Below, one piece after another: positions 12,468 through 24,434 of a stretch of DNA of 64,000 nucleotides. Under the pieces are notes generated by a model. It did not search any database. It worked only from the letters and a program-made list of their open reading frames with translations, and was not told the DNA's origin. The DNA comes from Lama glama (taxonomy: Eukaryota). Numbering within the stretch: position 1 is the stretch's first letter; each line of letters opens with the position of its first letter. A program made the translations under genes and the position numbers. The stretch covers positions 85,996,001 through 86,060,000 of the forward strand of contig CM052817.1 of assembly GCA_028534125.1 (NCBI GenBank). The letters are read 5' to 3'.

Positions 12468-13575
12468 CGTATATCTAATAAGGGGCTAATATACAAAATA
12501 CACAAAGAACTCATACAACTCAGTTACAGCAACAACAACAAAGTAATCCAGTTAAAAAATGGGGAGAGGAACTAAATAGACTTTTTTTTAAAGAAGACAT
12601 ACAAATTGCCACCAGGTACACGAAAAGACACTCAGTAATACTAATCATCGGGGAAATGTGAATCAAAACCTCAGTAAGGTAGCACCTCACACCTGTTAGA
12701 ATGACCATCCAGAAGACAAGAGATAACAAGTGTTGGTGAGGATGGGGAGAAAAGGGAACCTTGTTTGTGGGTATGTACATTGGTGTAGCCACTATGGAAA
12801 ACAGCATGAAAATTCTCAAAATATAAAACAAAATTGAACTACAATAAAATCCAGCAATCCAATTTATGATTATATATACAAATGAGTTGAAATCTGTGTA
12901 AGGAAGAGATAGCTGCATTTCCACATTAACTACAGCATTATTCTCAGTACCCTAGACAAAGACTATGGCCTTAAATACCCACTGAAAATGAATGAATAAA
13001 GCAAATGTGATATTTACATAGAATGGAATATTATTCAGCCATTAAAAATAAGGAAATCCTGTTATTTGTGACAACAACATTAATTAGTCTGGAGGACAAC
13101 ATGCTAAATAAAATAAGCCAGATACAGAAGGACAAATACCACCTGATAACACTTTTATGATGAGTCTAAAACAGTCAAACTTACAGAAGCAAAGAGTACA
13201 ATGGTGGTTCCAAGGGGTTGGTGGGAGGACAAAGCAGGCAGGGATTAGTCAAAGGCTATAGATTTTAGTTACATAAAATGAATACGTTCTGGGGATCTAT
13301 TGTACATCATAGAACTTAAAGTTAACTATATTGTATCCTAAAATTTTTCTAAGAGGATAAATCTCATCACAAAATGTTCTTATCACCAAAATTAATGATA
13401 GTAATAAATAGAGAGTGAGTGGAAACTTTTGGAAGTGATGGATATGTTTATGGCATAGATTGTGGTGATGGTTTCATTGGTGTACACTTATTCCCAAACT
13501 CATTATATTGTATATATTAAATGTACCCAACTTTCTATACCTTAATGATACTTCAATAAAGTGTGTTTTTTTAAA
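12468..13575 (+). mobile_element. L1MA/L1MB 3' portion
   Basis: tatctaataaggggctaatatacaaaata...cacctcacacctgttagaatg...aatggaatattattcagccatt...ttcaataaa. Confidence 0.93.
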
Positions 13576-14343
13576 GAATAAATTTGCAGGTAGAAATTTT
13601 ATAGCCTGTCACCAATACACAAAGACAGGAAACAAAAACAATCATATTGAGAAATGCTCATGTCAGTGAAAAGGGCATGAGATGAACTCATAATTATGTT
13701 TTCTTTAATATTAAATCTTAACTCCCAAATTGTCTTTTTTGTATTTGTCCTTGAAGTAGGCAGACCACTGGCTAGCTAATGCATATTTTCTACATGGACA
13801 AAGAAGTGGTACAGATATTTCATCTTGGTAATTTTTTTAAATCCAAGATATCCCAGATATGATAGTAGTAATGTAAATGATCTGCTATACTAAATGATTC
13901 TGCTTTCGCAATTTGGTATGTGTGATGTAGCGTTAAATCTAGGCAATAGTAGTTATAAAGTAACTTTATACTAGAAATGGTGTTTATTAAACTACTGCTG
14001 TTTATTACAATAATGCTGCTTTTTGATTACAAACTATTAAGTTCTGATTTACTTTTTACTCTTTTAAGCAGTAACACTCACTTTAAACAACATTTTCATC
14101 CCCAGAGACTACATTAATTTTTATTCCAATAACAGTGATGATCATTTTTTTACTTGAGTGAAACTTTATTTCTAAACTCATTTGGAGGAAAATCACTCAC
14201 ATTACACACTTAATGCCAGACAATATGTCTATATAAGCAAGCTGCTTCACATGGATCCCCTTGTTTAACTCGGCTGTATAAAGTTTACGATGAGTTCTAG
14301 TCATGGAGTAACATTTCATGGAAAAATCAAAACCTGTTCAGCC

Positions 14344-14740
14344 TGTACTTGACTTTAGGGATGCACACAAGTATTTGTGTTCTGTTTCTGAACACATGGC
14401 AATGTTATATGTTCCTACTCCTTTGAAGTTAGTTGTAGGCACGTGGCACTTTGGATAATAAAGAATTTGCAGAATTGGTGATTGTTGTTTCAGAGCAAAA
14501 CTGTAAAAGCCACTGCACTATTTGTTGTTATGCCTTCCCCTGCCAAGGTGATAATGTAAGGATGCATGGGGACGGAGCCTCTATCAGCCGAGATCTCTGA
14601 GGACAACCACAAGCATTCGCCCTGAATCCATACTGGACATATAACATGGTTAAGAAATAAGCTTTTATCTATTTTGTGACACATTGATATTGGAGTTGTT
14701 TATAAATGGAGCAAAATCTAGTCTCTCTTAAATTATATAC
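14344..14740 (+). mobile_element. MaLR solo LTR (MLT1I/J-like)
   Basis: ctcctttgaagttagttgtaggcacgtg...ggacatataacatggttaagaaataagcttt...ggagttgttt. Confidence 0.75.
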
Positions 14741-15890
14741 TACCAAAAGCTCCCACTCTTCCACTCCTAAAAGCATATAGCTGTAGATGATATACATATA
14801 AATACAGCAATGAATGTAGATGTAGACACAGTTTGGGAACTTCTCAACAGCTTTGTTTTACCTGACCACACTTTTTAAGTGCTAGTTCATTCAGGGGGCT
14901 TAATTTACTCAAAATATGTGAATAGGTTTTAGAGAATTGAAATAATTTTCTATAACTTTCTCTCATTAGTTCCAAGCCACGATGATGAATGCTGCATATG
15001 GGGAAAGTTAAATAATTTCTATCAAAATGTTACACTTGATATAACATAAACATAAACAGTAGTACCCCAAACACGTATAAATAACGAACAAAGTAGGAGG
15101 AAGAGAAGCATAGATGAGCTGCATAGATGTCAAAAATCGAGAGGTAACCTGAAGCTGGAGTAAGGAATAGATGGTAAATGCCCAGATTGCAAGCCTGTGG
15201 AAGGGTGGGGAGTAGGAAGTTACCTGCTAAGTAAAGCAAAGGAAACTGTTGGGACAAAGCCCTCTCGTTCATAAATTAGGACTAGGAAAGTTCTACTCAC
15301 CAGCCTTGAGATGTATTTTAGAAATAGGTTGCTCATTTGTAGATTAACACACAAGATTTATGAAGTCCTTTCTGCATGAGTGGGGTAACAAAATTTGCAC
15401 TGTGTGTGTATACTAAAACTCCAGGTCAGTAAACCAACACAAAAACTGGTCTTGAATCAACAAATGACAGACAGCACAGACTGAAATAATGCTAAATTAC
15501 TCCACAGTGTTTCATCCACAGTCATCATGTGAAGGACTCTTACAAGTCATGCTGATGGTCTATCAAACACAAACATTCACACCCAGACATCAGAAAATCC
15601 TCTAATATATGGTTTATTCAGAAGACGAAATAAAAAAGATAATTGTATTAAAATAAATGTAAATAATATAAGAATAGGGGAATATAAAACTAGATAATTT
15701 TTTCCTAAGGAACAGATTCATAAAATAAGAATATATCTTAAATAGATAGTAATGAAAAATAGAAAAGGCATACTTAGAAATCATCCAGATTGATAATCTA
15801 GAAATATTTTAAAAAGTCAAAATAAAATAAGCACTCAATAAATAGGCAAAAATTGACTAGTATACCTAAAAAAATAAGTGGGTGATTAAA

Positions 15891-16551
15891 AGTTAGCTGT
15901 AAATCTGCAGACTATGTCTCTTGGCTGTAAACTTATGTATGATTTTACATGCCCAACCATAGATACTTTCCAAAACCTTATCTGTCAGGCCTTGCAGGGG
16001 ACAGCTGCCCTCCCTACACCAGACCTGAGGCACAGCCAGTACACTGCTGTCTCGAAGGGAAGTTGCAGTCAATCACATTTGCATTCCTAGCCCGGGCACC
16101 GTCATTCCTAGTTCTCTTCATCTGAGGTCTCCTGTGAGGTGTTGTTCTGGTGCCTCTGCCAAGGGTTTCTGCAGGGGGATGAGGGGAAAGCTGGAAGACA
16201 CTTGCCCCCTATCAGGCTTAGGACTCAGAACTTTACACTCCTAGGCCCCGCCCCTTGATTTTTCCTGGCCTCCTCGTCCTCACCCCCTGGAGGAGCTATT
16301 TGTCAGGGCTGACTTGTCAGTGAGACGAGACTCACATCTTTCCTGATCCACCTGACCATGGGCTGGTAGGCTGCTCCTGGGGAAACAGAAAAGCGGGAGG
16401 CGGCATTTTCTCTTCTTTAGCCTCTTGTTTATACCATCGCAGTAAGAGATTCCAGGCTTCTCTGTTACTTTCATTTGGGGTTTGCTTTAACCTGTTATTC
16501 AGAAACCTAGCAGCTCAGGTCTTCATCTCCAGCTTCGCTGAGCTCCTGACA
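15891..16551 (+). mobile_element. ERV-L group LTR (MER54/MER73-like) with a possible PBS remnant at 16552-16575
   Basis: Start agttagctgtaaatctgcag and end ...agcttcgctgagctcctgaca resemble this group. GC-rich island within AT-rich L1 sequence. Confidence 0.65.
16244..16254. promoter_or_regulatory. GC box (Sp1/KLF motif) GGCCCCGCCCC
   Basis: Exact motif inside a CpG-retaining LTR; function unproven. Confidence 0.35.
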
Positions 16552-16957
16552 AAGTCAACAGCACGAGGGGCGACACGATGGTGTATTAAAATGGGAAAGA
16601 CAAAAAACAAGGTCAGAAATAGGAAGAATGAAATGAAAAAAGTTCAAAATGCATCGAATGAGTCTGTAGTGGGAACGAGAGTGATAAGCAACAAGAATCA
16701 CCAGTTCTTTGAAAAGACAAATTAATGTATCACTGGCAAAAGTGAACAAAATTTGCAAAAACAAAGAAGAATTAAATGATGCTAGAAATGTAAAAGAGGA
16801 CATCCATAGATTAGATCAGTGGAATTCAACTAAAGTTAAGAATAATTAAGATTAAAACTAAAAATAATTTATGCCAATAATTTTGACAATATAAATGAAA
16901 AGGGTAAAGAATATCTAAATTATTCAGAATATTCCAGATGACAGAAAGAGATGAATG

Positions 16958-17467
16958 CCATAGGCAGAATTTTAAGATGACGCCACATCCCTTGGTGTAG
17001 GGGCTCTACATAATCCTTACAATTTGACCTAACAGGCAAGTACTTTAAAAAAATGCCTAAAGGGATATAAGCAGAAGTCACAAGATTTGAAACCACAGCA
17101 GCCATCTCCTGTTGACCTTGAAGACACAAACTATCGTGCTGTGGAGGGGAAGGCAGGGCAGGGATCTGTGGGCAGCTTCTAGTAGCTGAAAATAGTCCCG
17201 ACTGACAGCTAACCAAAATATTGTGACCTCAGTTCTATAACCTCAAGATACTAAATTCTGCCAAGAGCTTTAATGAGCTGGGAAAAAGAACTCAAGCCTC
17301 TGGTGAGATTGCAGACCTGGCCAACACCAGAATTCTAGACTGGCCAGTGACCAAATTAACTCAAACCTGGGCTCCTGACCCACAGAAACCATGACATAAT
17401 AAATGGACATTGTTTTCCAACAATAGCTTTGTGGTAATTTATTACAAATCAACAGAAAACCAATAAA
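16958..17467 (+). mobile_element. MaLR solo LTR (MLT1E-like)
   Basis: ggcagaattttaagatg...gacctcagttctataacctcaaga..ctaaattctgccaa...ctcctgacccacagaaacc...ttgtggtaatttattaca. Confidence 0.85.
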
Positions 17468-17699
17468 ATAATATCACCAATGAATTCTATGAAGTCAGTA
17501 AAGCCTCACTGCTAAAAAATATGCATATATTTAAATAGAAGGGAAAAAAATCAGTTAAACCTATTGCATAATGACTCTGAAATCTTAAAGTAGCAATATA
17601 GTTGGACTTTATTCATGAAATAAATTTCATAGTATAAAAATGAGTTGTGTATACATGAAATACACATTACAAAAACTTAAAAAATATTTGCCTTATATG

Positions 17700-17905
17700 T
17701 AATATTTTATCATTTTTATTTTATGGTAAATAATCAGGTTCTTAAACAATATATTTAATTTTCACAATGGCTTCATATCATGAGGAGTGTTATTATCATC
17801 GCATTATTGTCTTTAAGAGATTAGCATCTTTCCCAGTATTACTCAGCTGCTAAGTGGTAGAGCTGGTGTTTGAACTGAGGCACTCAGATTCTAAATCCAC
17901 ATCAT
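17700..17905 (-). mobile_element. MIR SINE
   Basis: cagctgctaagtggtagagctggtgtttgaactgaggcactcagattctaaatcca. Confidence 0.7.
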
Positions 17906-18894
17906 TAAAAATTATGCTACTGCTAAATCTGAAAAATAAAAGGATTGAGATGAAGGTAAAATCTATTCCATACCTATACCTATGTATTAGGGTTGGGGAT
18001 ACCAGTCACTGTGATAAATTTAACATATTTTGCATTGTAGAAACTTATTTTAAAAATCTATATAGCAACAGTCTACAAACAGAATTAACAAAATCAAAAT
18101 ATGCATGACAGGCTTGGAGAAAATATTACCAAATGTGATATAAAAATATGCACAGAAATACTAACAATTCATAAGAGCAAGACAAGTGAGACAAGAAAAT
18201 CAAGAACAACAAATCAGAGGGCAAATATAAATGAACATTTCACAGAAAAGGGATTTTAGTGGAGTAGTAAACATATGAAGTTATTCTTAACCCTGCTGGA
18301 AGTCAAGGAAGTAACTGCTAATACAATAAAATCTTATAATCATCATATTGTCAATAAAACAAAATTTTACAAGATTCAGCATTGTTGAAGGAATAGAGAA
18401 ATAATTATAGAAATAATTATATTTTATTTCCCTGACGTTGATATTAACCAGCCTTTTTCAAACAGAATTTGGCATTTTTACAAAGTATTTAAAAATTTAA
18501 GCATCTTTTTATTTGCTTAAAAATGGATGTCCATGAAAACAAATGTGTTATCTTTAAGGCTAGCATGTTATTATACTAAGATTATAAAGTGGAAAACAAC
18601 TTACAGAAGATCACTGAATAAAATACAAACTTTTATGCAGTTATCTGAACATTAGATTAAGATTATAGCCTAAGTTGGATAGTTAGTTCTTAGATTTCTA
18701 AAATGAACATAAAAAAATTGTAACCTCTATTTCTACCTTCGTATATTTAAAATTTGGAGTACAAGCAAATATTAATTTATAATCATATTATACATCACAT
18801 TTGGAAGCTAGCTATCTTCCATCTTAGAACACTTAGAAGTGTGTAAAACAAAACACACTTAATTACCATAAATTCTTTTTCAGACAAGTCAGGA

Positions 18895-19254
18895 TACTAA
18901 TACTCATGGATACAGAGAACATATTGCCAGAGAAGTGGGTGGGTGGTGGCGGGTGACTGTAATGAGTGAAGGGGGTCAAAAGGTACAAACTTCCAGTTTG
19001 AAGATAAATAAATTCTGAGGATCTAATGTACAGCATGGTGGCTATAGTTAATAATACTCTATATTTGAAAGTTGCTAAAAGAATACATCTTAAAAGTTCT
19101 TATCACAAGAGAAAAACAAAACTATGTGGTGATGGGTGTGAGCTAAACTGAATGTGGTAATCGTTCTACAGTACATACATATATTGAATCATTATGTTGC
19201 ACAATACTTAAAGTGAATACAATATTGTGTGTCAGTTATGTCTCAATTTTTCAA
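18895..19254 (+). mobile_element. L1MA9-like 3' end with 9-bp TSD
   Basis: ggtcaaaaggtacaaacttccag...gatctaatgtacagcatggtggctatagttaataatact; TSD aagtcagga at 18886-18894 and 19255-19263. Confidence 0.92.
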
Positions 19255-20869
19255 AAGTCAGGAGAGAAGGGAATGAAAGAAAACTAGAAAGGAAGGAGGG
19301 GAAAGGCGGAGGGAGTGGAGAAAGAAGAGGAGGAAGGTCAAAGAATAGAAACAATGAAAGCATGAAGAAGCAATTAAAGGAGAATTTAAGGGATGGATTA
19401 AAGAAGAAACAGAAATATAACTCATGTAAACATTACAAGAACTTTAATTAATTGTCAGAGAGCTAGAAAGAAAATTTACTCAGAAACATTGAGTTTTTAT
19501 TAAAGTCTCATTAAAATCAATAATGAAATAATTATACAGGAAAATGAAAATGGCTGTGAACACTGATAATAAATCAGAGAAAGCTTAGTGCACAGCATGA
19601 CTATTATCTTTTTCTTTTATTGGGATGTAACGCTTCTGGTGTCAAATCCACTCAAAATAGAATATCAAAAAGTTTCCACAGATGTTATCCTCAGAAAACT
19701 TCCCAGAGCTTATATATATTTAACTATTCAGTTAGGTATGGAGTGAATTTAAGGAGTCTGGTTCCAGGGAAACAGATCCTTCCAAATCGAAAATTAAAGG
19801 TATGTGGAACAATAGTAGAATATGGTCTCTTTCTCTGTATATGTTCACAAGTTTGTTTCATAGATTTTCAAGTATTCTATACAGAATATAAAGAGATGAA
19901 CAATTCAGTGGGCATAAAATTAATTACTCAGATTATTATTATTTGACCAAAAATCAGCTTGTATATAGAGACGGACAAAAGTCACTTAAAATTAAGTCAG
20001 CCTATGGTATCAAGAGAACCTTTCTGTTCTCCTTTAAAACAAACAAAACGGGTGTTGAGCAGAGGCTGAAATTAGCACTTGATTGAGACCCGCAGAGCTC
20101 CAGTTATTCTGGTTCAGTTTCCTTCCTCACTCCATTATCAGATGCCACCTGCCCATCAGATCACTGTCTCCTTCACTACTAAAAACTTTGAAAGGAATCA
20201 CTTCTCCAATATAGATTATGTTAGAATAGACGTTTCCCTGAGCCAATCAGGCATTTGGGCACCACTAATGGGTAAGGCCCTCCAGGTCATCCATCGTCAC
20301 CAGGGCTCCTCCATTTGTCTGGTCTGATTAATAACCACCACCCCAAACAAATGTTTCCGCTGTATCCTCTGGAATCTTCAGTCTGACCTAAACAAGTTTC
20401 TATAGTTTTCGAAATATTTTTGTTTCAGTTGCATTTGATTGCTTTTATCTGTAAGTAGTATATTCCTGGCAAGAGGCTTAACAAATATGAATATATTTTT
20501 ATGCACATAACCTGAAGCCCAGATATAGACAGTTGCTAGTTTGGTTCAATTTCTGTACTTCCACCCTGTTATTCTCAGTATGATGGTTTCCTGTCCTCAT
20601 GTATTTGCCTTGCCTCTTAGTTGGAGAATGACCGACATAGGTCAAAACATCTGGCTCTATCTGAAGGTAATAATAAAGAAAAAGAGAGTACAGACGGCTG
20701 TGTCTGCCTGTTTGAACAGGAAAACAAAAGCTCGCCAGTGATTCACCCTCATGTCTTACTGGTCAAAGCTCGGTTGCGTGGCCTCCAAAGTTGTAAGGGA
20801 CACGGTTTCAATTACGGAAGGGAAAATTCCCTGCAGACATCACTTGTCTTCCTCAGGTGATAGGTCTGT

Positions 20870-21157
20870 TTTTCTCTCTCACACACATACTGTACATAAG
20901 TTCTGGAGGTGAAGAAACTGCCCTTATTTTGGTTTTACTTGCTACTGCCATTTTATTTCTCCTCGCTCCTTTCTCAAGAAACTTCAGGTCTTTTGAAGCA
21001 TATGACATCAGACTATATACCCCAAACACACATTTCTGCACAATATACCAGCCTCCTTGCCATTCTCGTTCCTTTGAAGATTCCATCGAGCTCATTCTGT
21101 TCCTCCTCACAAAGACTTCAGTAATCATATTAGGTGACATGCATTCACACAGCACAC
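20870..21157 (+). pseudogene. L2 ORF2 apurinic-endonuclease N-terminal relic
   Basis: SFEAYDIRLY..TIYQPPCHSRSFED..VIILGDMHSH matches L2 EN motifs SFEAH.IRL, IYRPPGHS and ILGDFNIH. Confidence 0.85.
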
Positions 21158-21711
21158 TGAGAAAGAGAAAGGCAGCCTCTATCACCCAGGAGTTAACCTG
21201 CAATTACCAGCTATGCCTTGGCCTTGTCCAAAGCTGTTTCTCACCACTTGGCCTTATTGAACATGCATATAAATATCAGACAAGACAAATCCGTGATCAT
21301 CCAAGATCAAGAAAAAATCAAGTCCACAAAATAATCATGTCTGATCACAAAACAAAACATGAACATTTTCCAAACCACAAAAGTGACCAAATGCTCCCCT
21401 GTCTTCACTAATAGGAATGACTGCTGCTTTTTTTTTTTTTTAACCGATTGCTATTTCATCCTTGGTCTAGTAAGAAGTGTTAAGATGTTTAATCATTGAA
21501 TTATCCCTGATCCAGGAAAGCATCCAATACATAACAAAGCCCCACTACCCAAATCCCTTCCCAGAGGCACTTAACCCAAATCCAAACATTTCATAAGACT
21601 TTGCTCGCTTCCTCTTACTGAAACACCCTGTGTTTTCCCATGGTATATGTTCATCCATCTTGGTCAACTACAAATATGTTTCTGGTAGCTTTGGGCTGAA
21701 AAGCACTGGCA
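21158..21711 (+). mobile_element. ERV1 solo LTR (MER90/MER110-like)
   Basis: TG...CA ends; taatcatgtctgatcacaaaacaaaacatgaacattttccaaaccacaaaagtgaccaaa; no clear TSD. Confidence 0.8.
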
Positions 21712-21719
21712 ACTTAGAT

Positions 21720-22811
21720 TTGATGAAATATTGTATATATTGTCATTTTGAATATATGAAATATTTTACAAGAAAATAAGTAGTAGAGCCAGAAGTAAGA
21801 TAGTGAAACAGCAAATAAAGTACTCCCAAGGGTGTTTGCTGTAAAAAGGAAGTGAATTTGGGGGAAGTAAGTGGCATATGGGAATCAGGATTTTTTTTTT
21901 TTTTTGGTGGTGGTTCTTTTTTAAGGATGAGATATGTTACAATATGTTTTTAACCTAATGGGACTGAGTTAATAATGAGAGGATAATTAATGATACAGAG
22001 ACAGAGGAAGTGATTGTAGGAAGACGGTCTTTGAATAAGGAAGAAACATCGGGGATCCAGTGTATAGTTTTTAAGGGCTGGCTTCAGAAAGCAATAACAG
22101 TGAATTTGTGCATCAGGACAGTAGTCAAAAAATATTGGTCAAGATACAGCTGTATTGCTAAATTTGATGACTAGAAAGTTAGACTTTTCTAAATGCTTAA
22201 ATTTTTCTTTCTGGGATAGGAAGGGAATTTTCTGCTGAGAACAGTAAGGTAAAAGACATTCGGATGTTTCACAAGGGCATGTGGAAAAGCTTTTTTGGAG
22301 AGTAAGAATGAAACACAAACTTTGTAGCTACATAGTCAACTGAGATCAGTTATTCTTTATATGTATGAATTGGTTATCCTTTGTATATGTGCACATTCAG
22401 TTGCTTAGGGAAAGATGAAGAACTGAGAATTTAGGTTCGACCAGGATTAAAGTTTTACTAAATGTTTTTAACAGAAAAAATGGGGCAAGGACAGTACATA
22501 AATGGCCAAAGGCAGTGAAGAGTACAAAGCGGCCAAGTAGGAACTCTACCTAGTAAAGAACAGCACAAAAATGGCTAAAGAAATAGGAAAAAGTGGTAAA
22601 GTAGTTAATTAGAGAAGCTGAGGAAGTCAAAATATTGTTGGCGTGTAAGTACTGGAAAGAGATAAAGTGGAAAGTAATTGGAAAGATAAGCAATAATTAA
22701 AGTGTGATGCTTGAAATTGAGATTTTTATGGTGTCACAGTTATTAATAATCACAAAGCCTAGGATACGATAATAGAAGTCTCTGACTGAGTGACTTGGAG
22801 GAAGGAGCTCC
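21720..22811 (-). mobile_element. L2 ORF2 relic (EN C-terminus into RT), antisense
   Basis: Minus strand near 22770-22700 matches the L2 TLDLVITNNC..ISISSIPL region; near 22060 cactggatccccg matches the ALDPIP region. Confidence 0.7.
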
Positions 22812-23374
22812 TGTTAGTAACGAAGTCAGACAAAGAATAGTGGTAGTTGCCAGAGCTCTCCAGCCAAAGACAATCCTTGTACATGTATAACAAAAAGAAA
22901 GATTCCATTTTTGATGTTTGACTACTCACAGATTTCAAGTCCCTCCTCCTCCTCTTTCCTCCATGCCCTACAAATGGACAACCTGATACAGAAGCTGGCA
23001 TGCGCTTGTTGACCTGAAACAGGATGCCAGATATGTCTCCAGCAAAGATGGGTTTATTCAGAATCAGCAGTGAATTGCAACTGAGGGTCTGCAACCATGG
23101 CCAGCCACAGGCAAGTCCCCCAGAGGCAAGGGAAAGAATATAGTTCGGTAGAAGAGAAAAGGAAGTTGGGAGGGCTATAGTAAGCAAAGAGTCCGTGGCT
23201 TTTCATAGGCTGAGTCCCTGCCAGGAAAGAAGAGGATTCTTCTTAATGGGCTCTACGCCAGTTGCGGGGTATGAAAGCTCCCCTTGCTGGTCACCCGGCT
23301 CAATTTAATTGAGGTTTTAGTTTACTAATTTTTTACACACTCTTGGTCGTCTTTAAACCACAGGAACCCTGGCT
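22812..23374 (+). mobile_element. Older LTR fragment, family uncertain, interrupted at 23007-23337
   Basis: Starts tgttagtaac; ttccatttttgatgtttgactactcacagatttcaag...tggacaacctgatacagaagc is LTR-like and resumes after the nested LTR. Confidence 0.55.
23007..23337 (-). mobile_element. Solo LTR related to the provirus LTRs
   Basis: Reverse complement tgtaaaaaattag...acctcaattaaattgag...ccatggttgcagacc...aataaacccat...ggtcaaca aligns with 30839-31203. TSD cgct/cact differs by one CpG transition. Confidence 0.92.
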
Positions 23375-23925
23375 TGTAGGGAACTGGTTCCACATGGCAT
23401 CCTGGTGGCCTTGTGCATATGCATGGGCCATGTCAGCAAGGTTTGAACGACCCCTAGCGCGGGGAGCCACTCATGACCTGAGGACTGCCGAGCACAGAAC
23501 GGGACGGAAAATCCCAAAGTGCTGGCGTCAGGCTCTGAGATTGATCTAGCAAAGACAATCTCTGTCCCGCCACCCCTTTGAAGAAGAATGCACAAGGTGT
23601 TTTAAAGCTCTAGGAACATCCAGAGCTATTAAGTCACTGATGACCTTAGAACAGAGATACAATCAGCATACAAGTTAAGTGATCTCAGTTTACTTGAATA
23701 ATTATCTTAGTTAGTGATCTTGATATGCGGGAACATTGACTTTAGTGTATGAGTACTATAAACAATGTTAATCTATAGAACAATATACGAGTTAATGAGC
23801 CCTAAAACAATACCTATGCCTATGTGCAGGAATGCACAAGATAGCTAGTTGAAATTGTATAAATTAACTGCTGAAAATAAACTCAAGGTCCATTCTTGGC
23901 TTAGCGTCTTGCGGGCTTAGAGTGA
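23375..23925 (+). mobile_element. Young CpG-rich LTR, betaretrovirus/ERV2-like, cut off by the gap
   Basis: Starts TGTAGGGAAC; TATAAA at 23858-23863 closely followed by AATAAA at 23876-23881; many CpGs intact. Confidence 0.65.
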
Positions 23926-24025
23926 NNNNNNNNNNNNNNNNNNNNNNNNNNNNNNNNNNNNNNNNNNNNNNNNNNNNNNNNNNNNNNNNNNNNNNNNNNN
24001 NNNNNNNNNNNNNNNNNNNNNNNNN
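23926..24025. other. Assembly gap (100 N)
   Basis: Exactly 100 N, the usual placeholder for a gap of unknown size. Confidence 1.
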
Positions 24026-24029
24026 CATG

Positions 24030-24434
24030 ATCTACAGTTTTGCTTTCCATGGATTCAGTTACCCAAAGTCAGCTGCAGTCCAAAAATATTAAGTGGAAAA
24101 TTCCAAAAATAAGCAATTCTTCAATTTTACATTGAACCCTATTTGGAGTAGAATAATGAAAGTTTGGATCAACTGCAATAGTTCCTAGTGCCTGTGTTCA
24201 AGTAACCCTTATTTTACTTAGCAACGGCCCCAAAGCAGAAAAATAGTCATGTTGGCAATTTGGATATTCTCTTTCTGTGCTTAATTTACAAATTAAACTT
24301 CATCATAGATAAAGTTTATCATATCTATGTATGCATAGGAAAAACTTGGCATTTATAGGTTTCAGTACTGTCTGTGGTTTCAGGCATCCACTGGGGTCTT
24401 GCCATATATCCCCCACAGAGAGGGGCGACTACTG
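24030..24434 (+). mobile_element. MER44 (TcMar-Tigger) non-autonomous DNA transposon
   Basis: ttcagttaccc..gtccaaaaatattaagtggaaaattcc...caggcatccactggggtcttg...ggggcgactactg followed by TA. Confidence 0.88.

Noticed and set aside
12520..12924. 134-aa hydrophobic minus-strand ORF
   Set aside because: Antisense reading of L1 ORF2, a common spurious ORF.
19227..19451. Lys/Arg/Glu-rich 74-aa ORF
   Set aside because: Translation of a purine-rich low-complexity tract next to an L1 tail.
22759..23187. 142-aa minus-strand ORF
   Set aside because: Crosses LTR, LTR and L2 boundaries with no recognisable domain.
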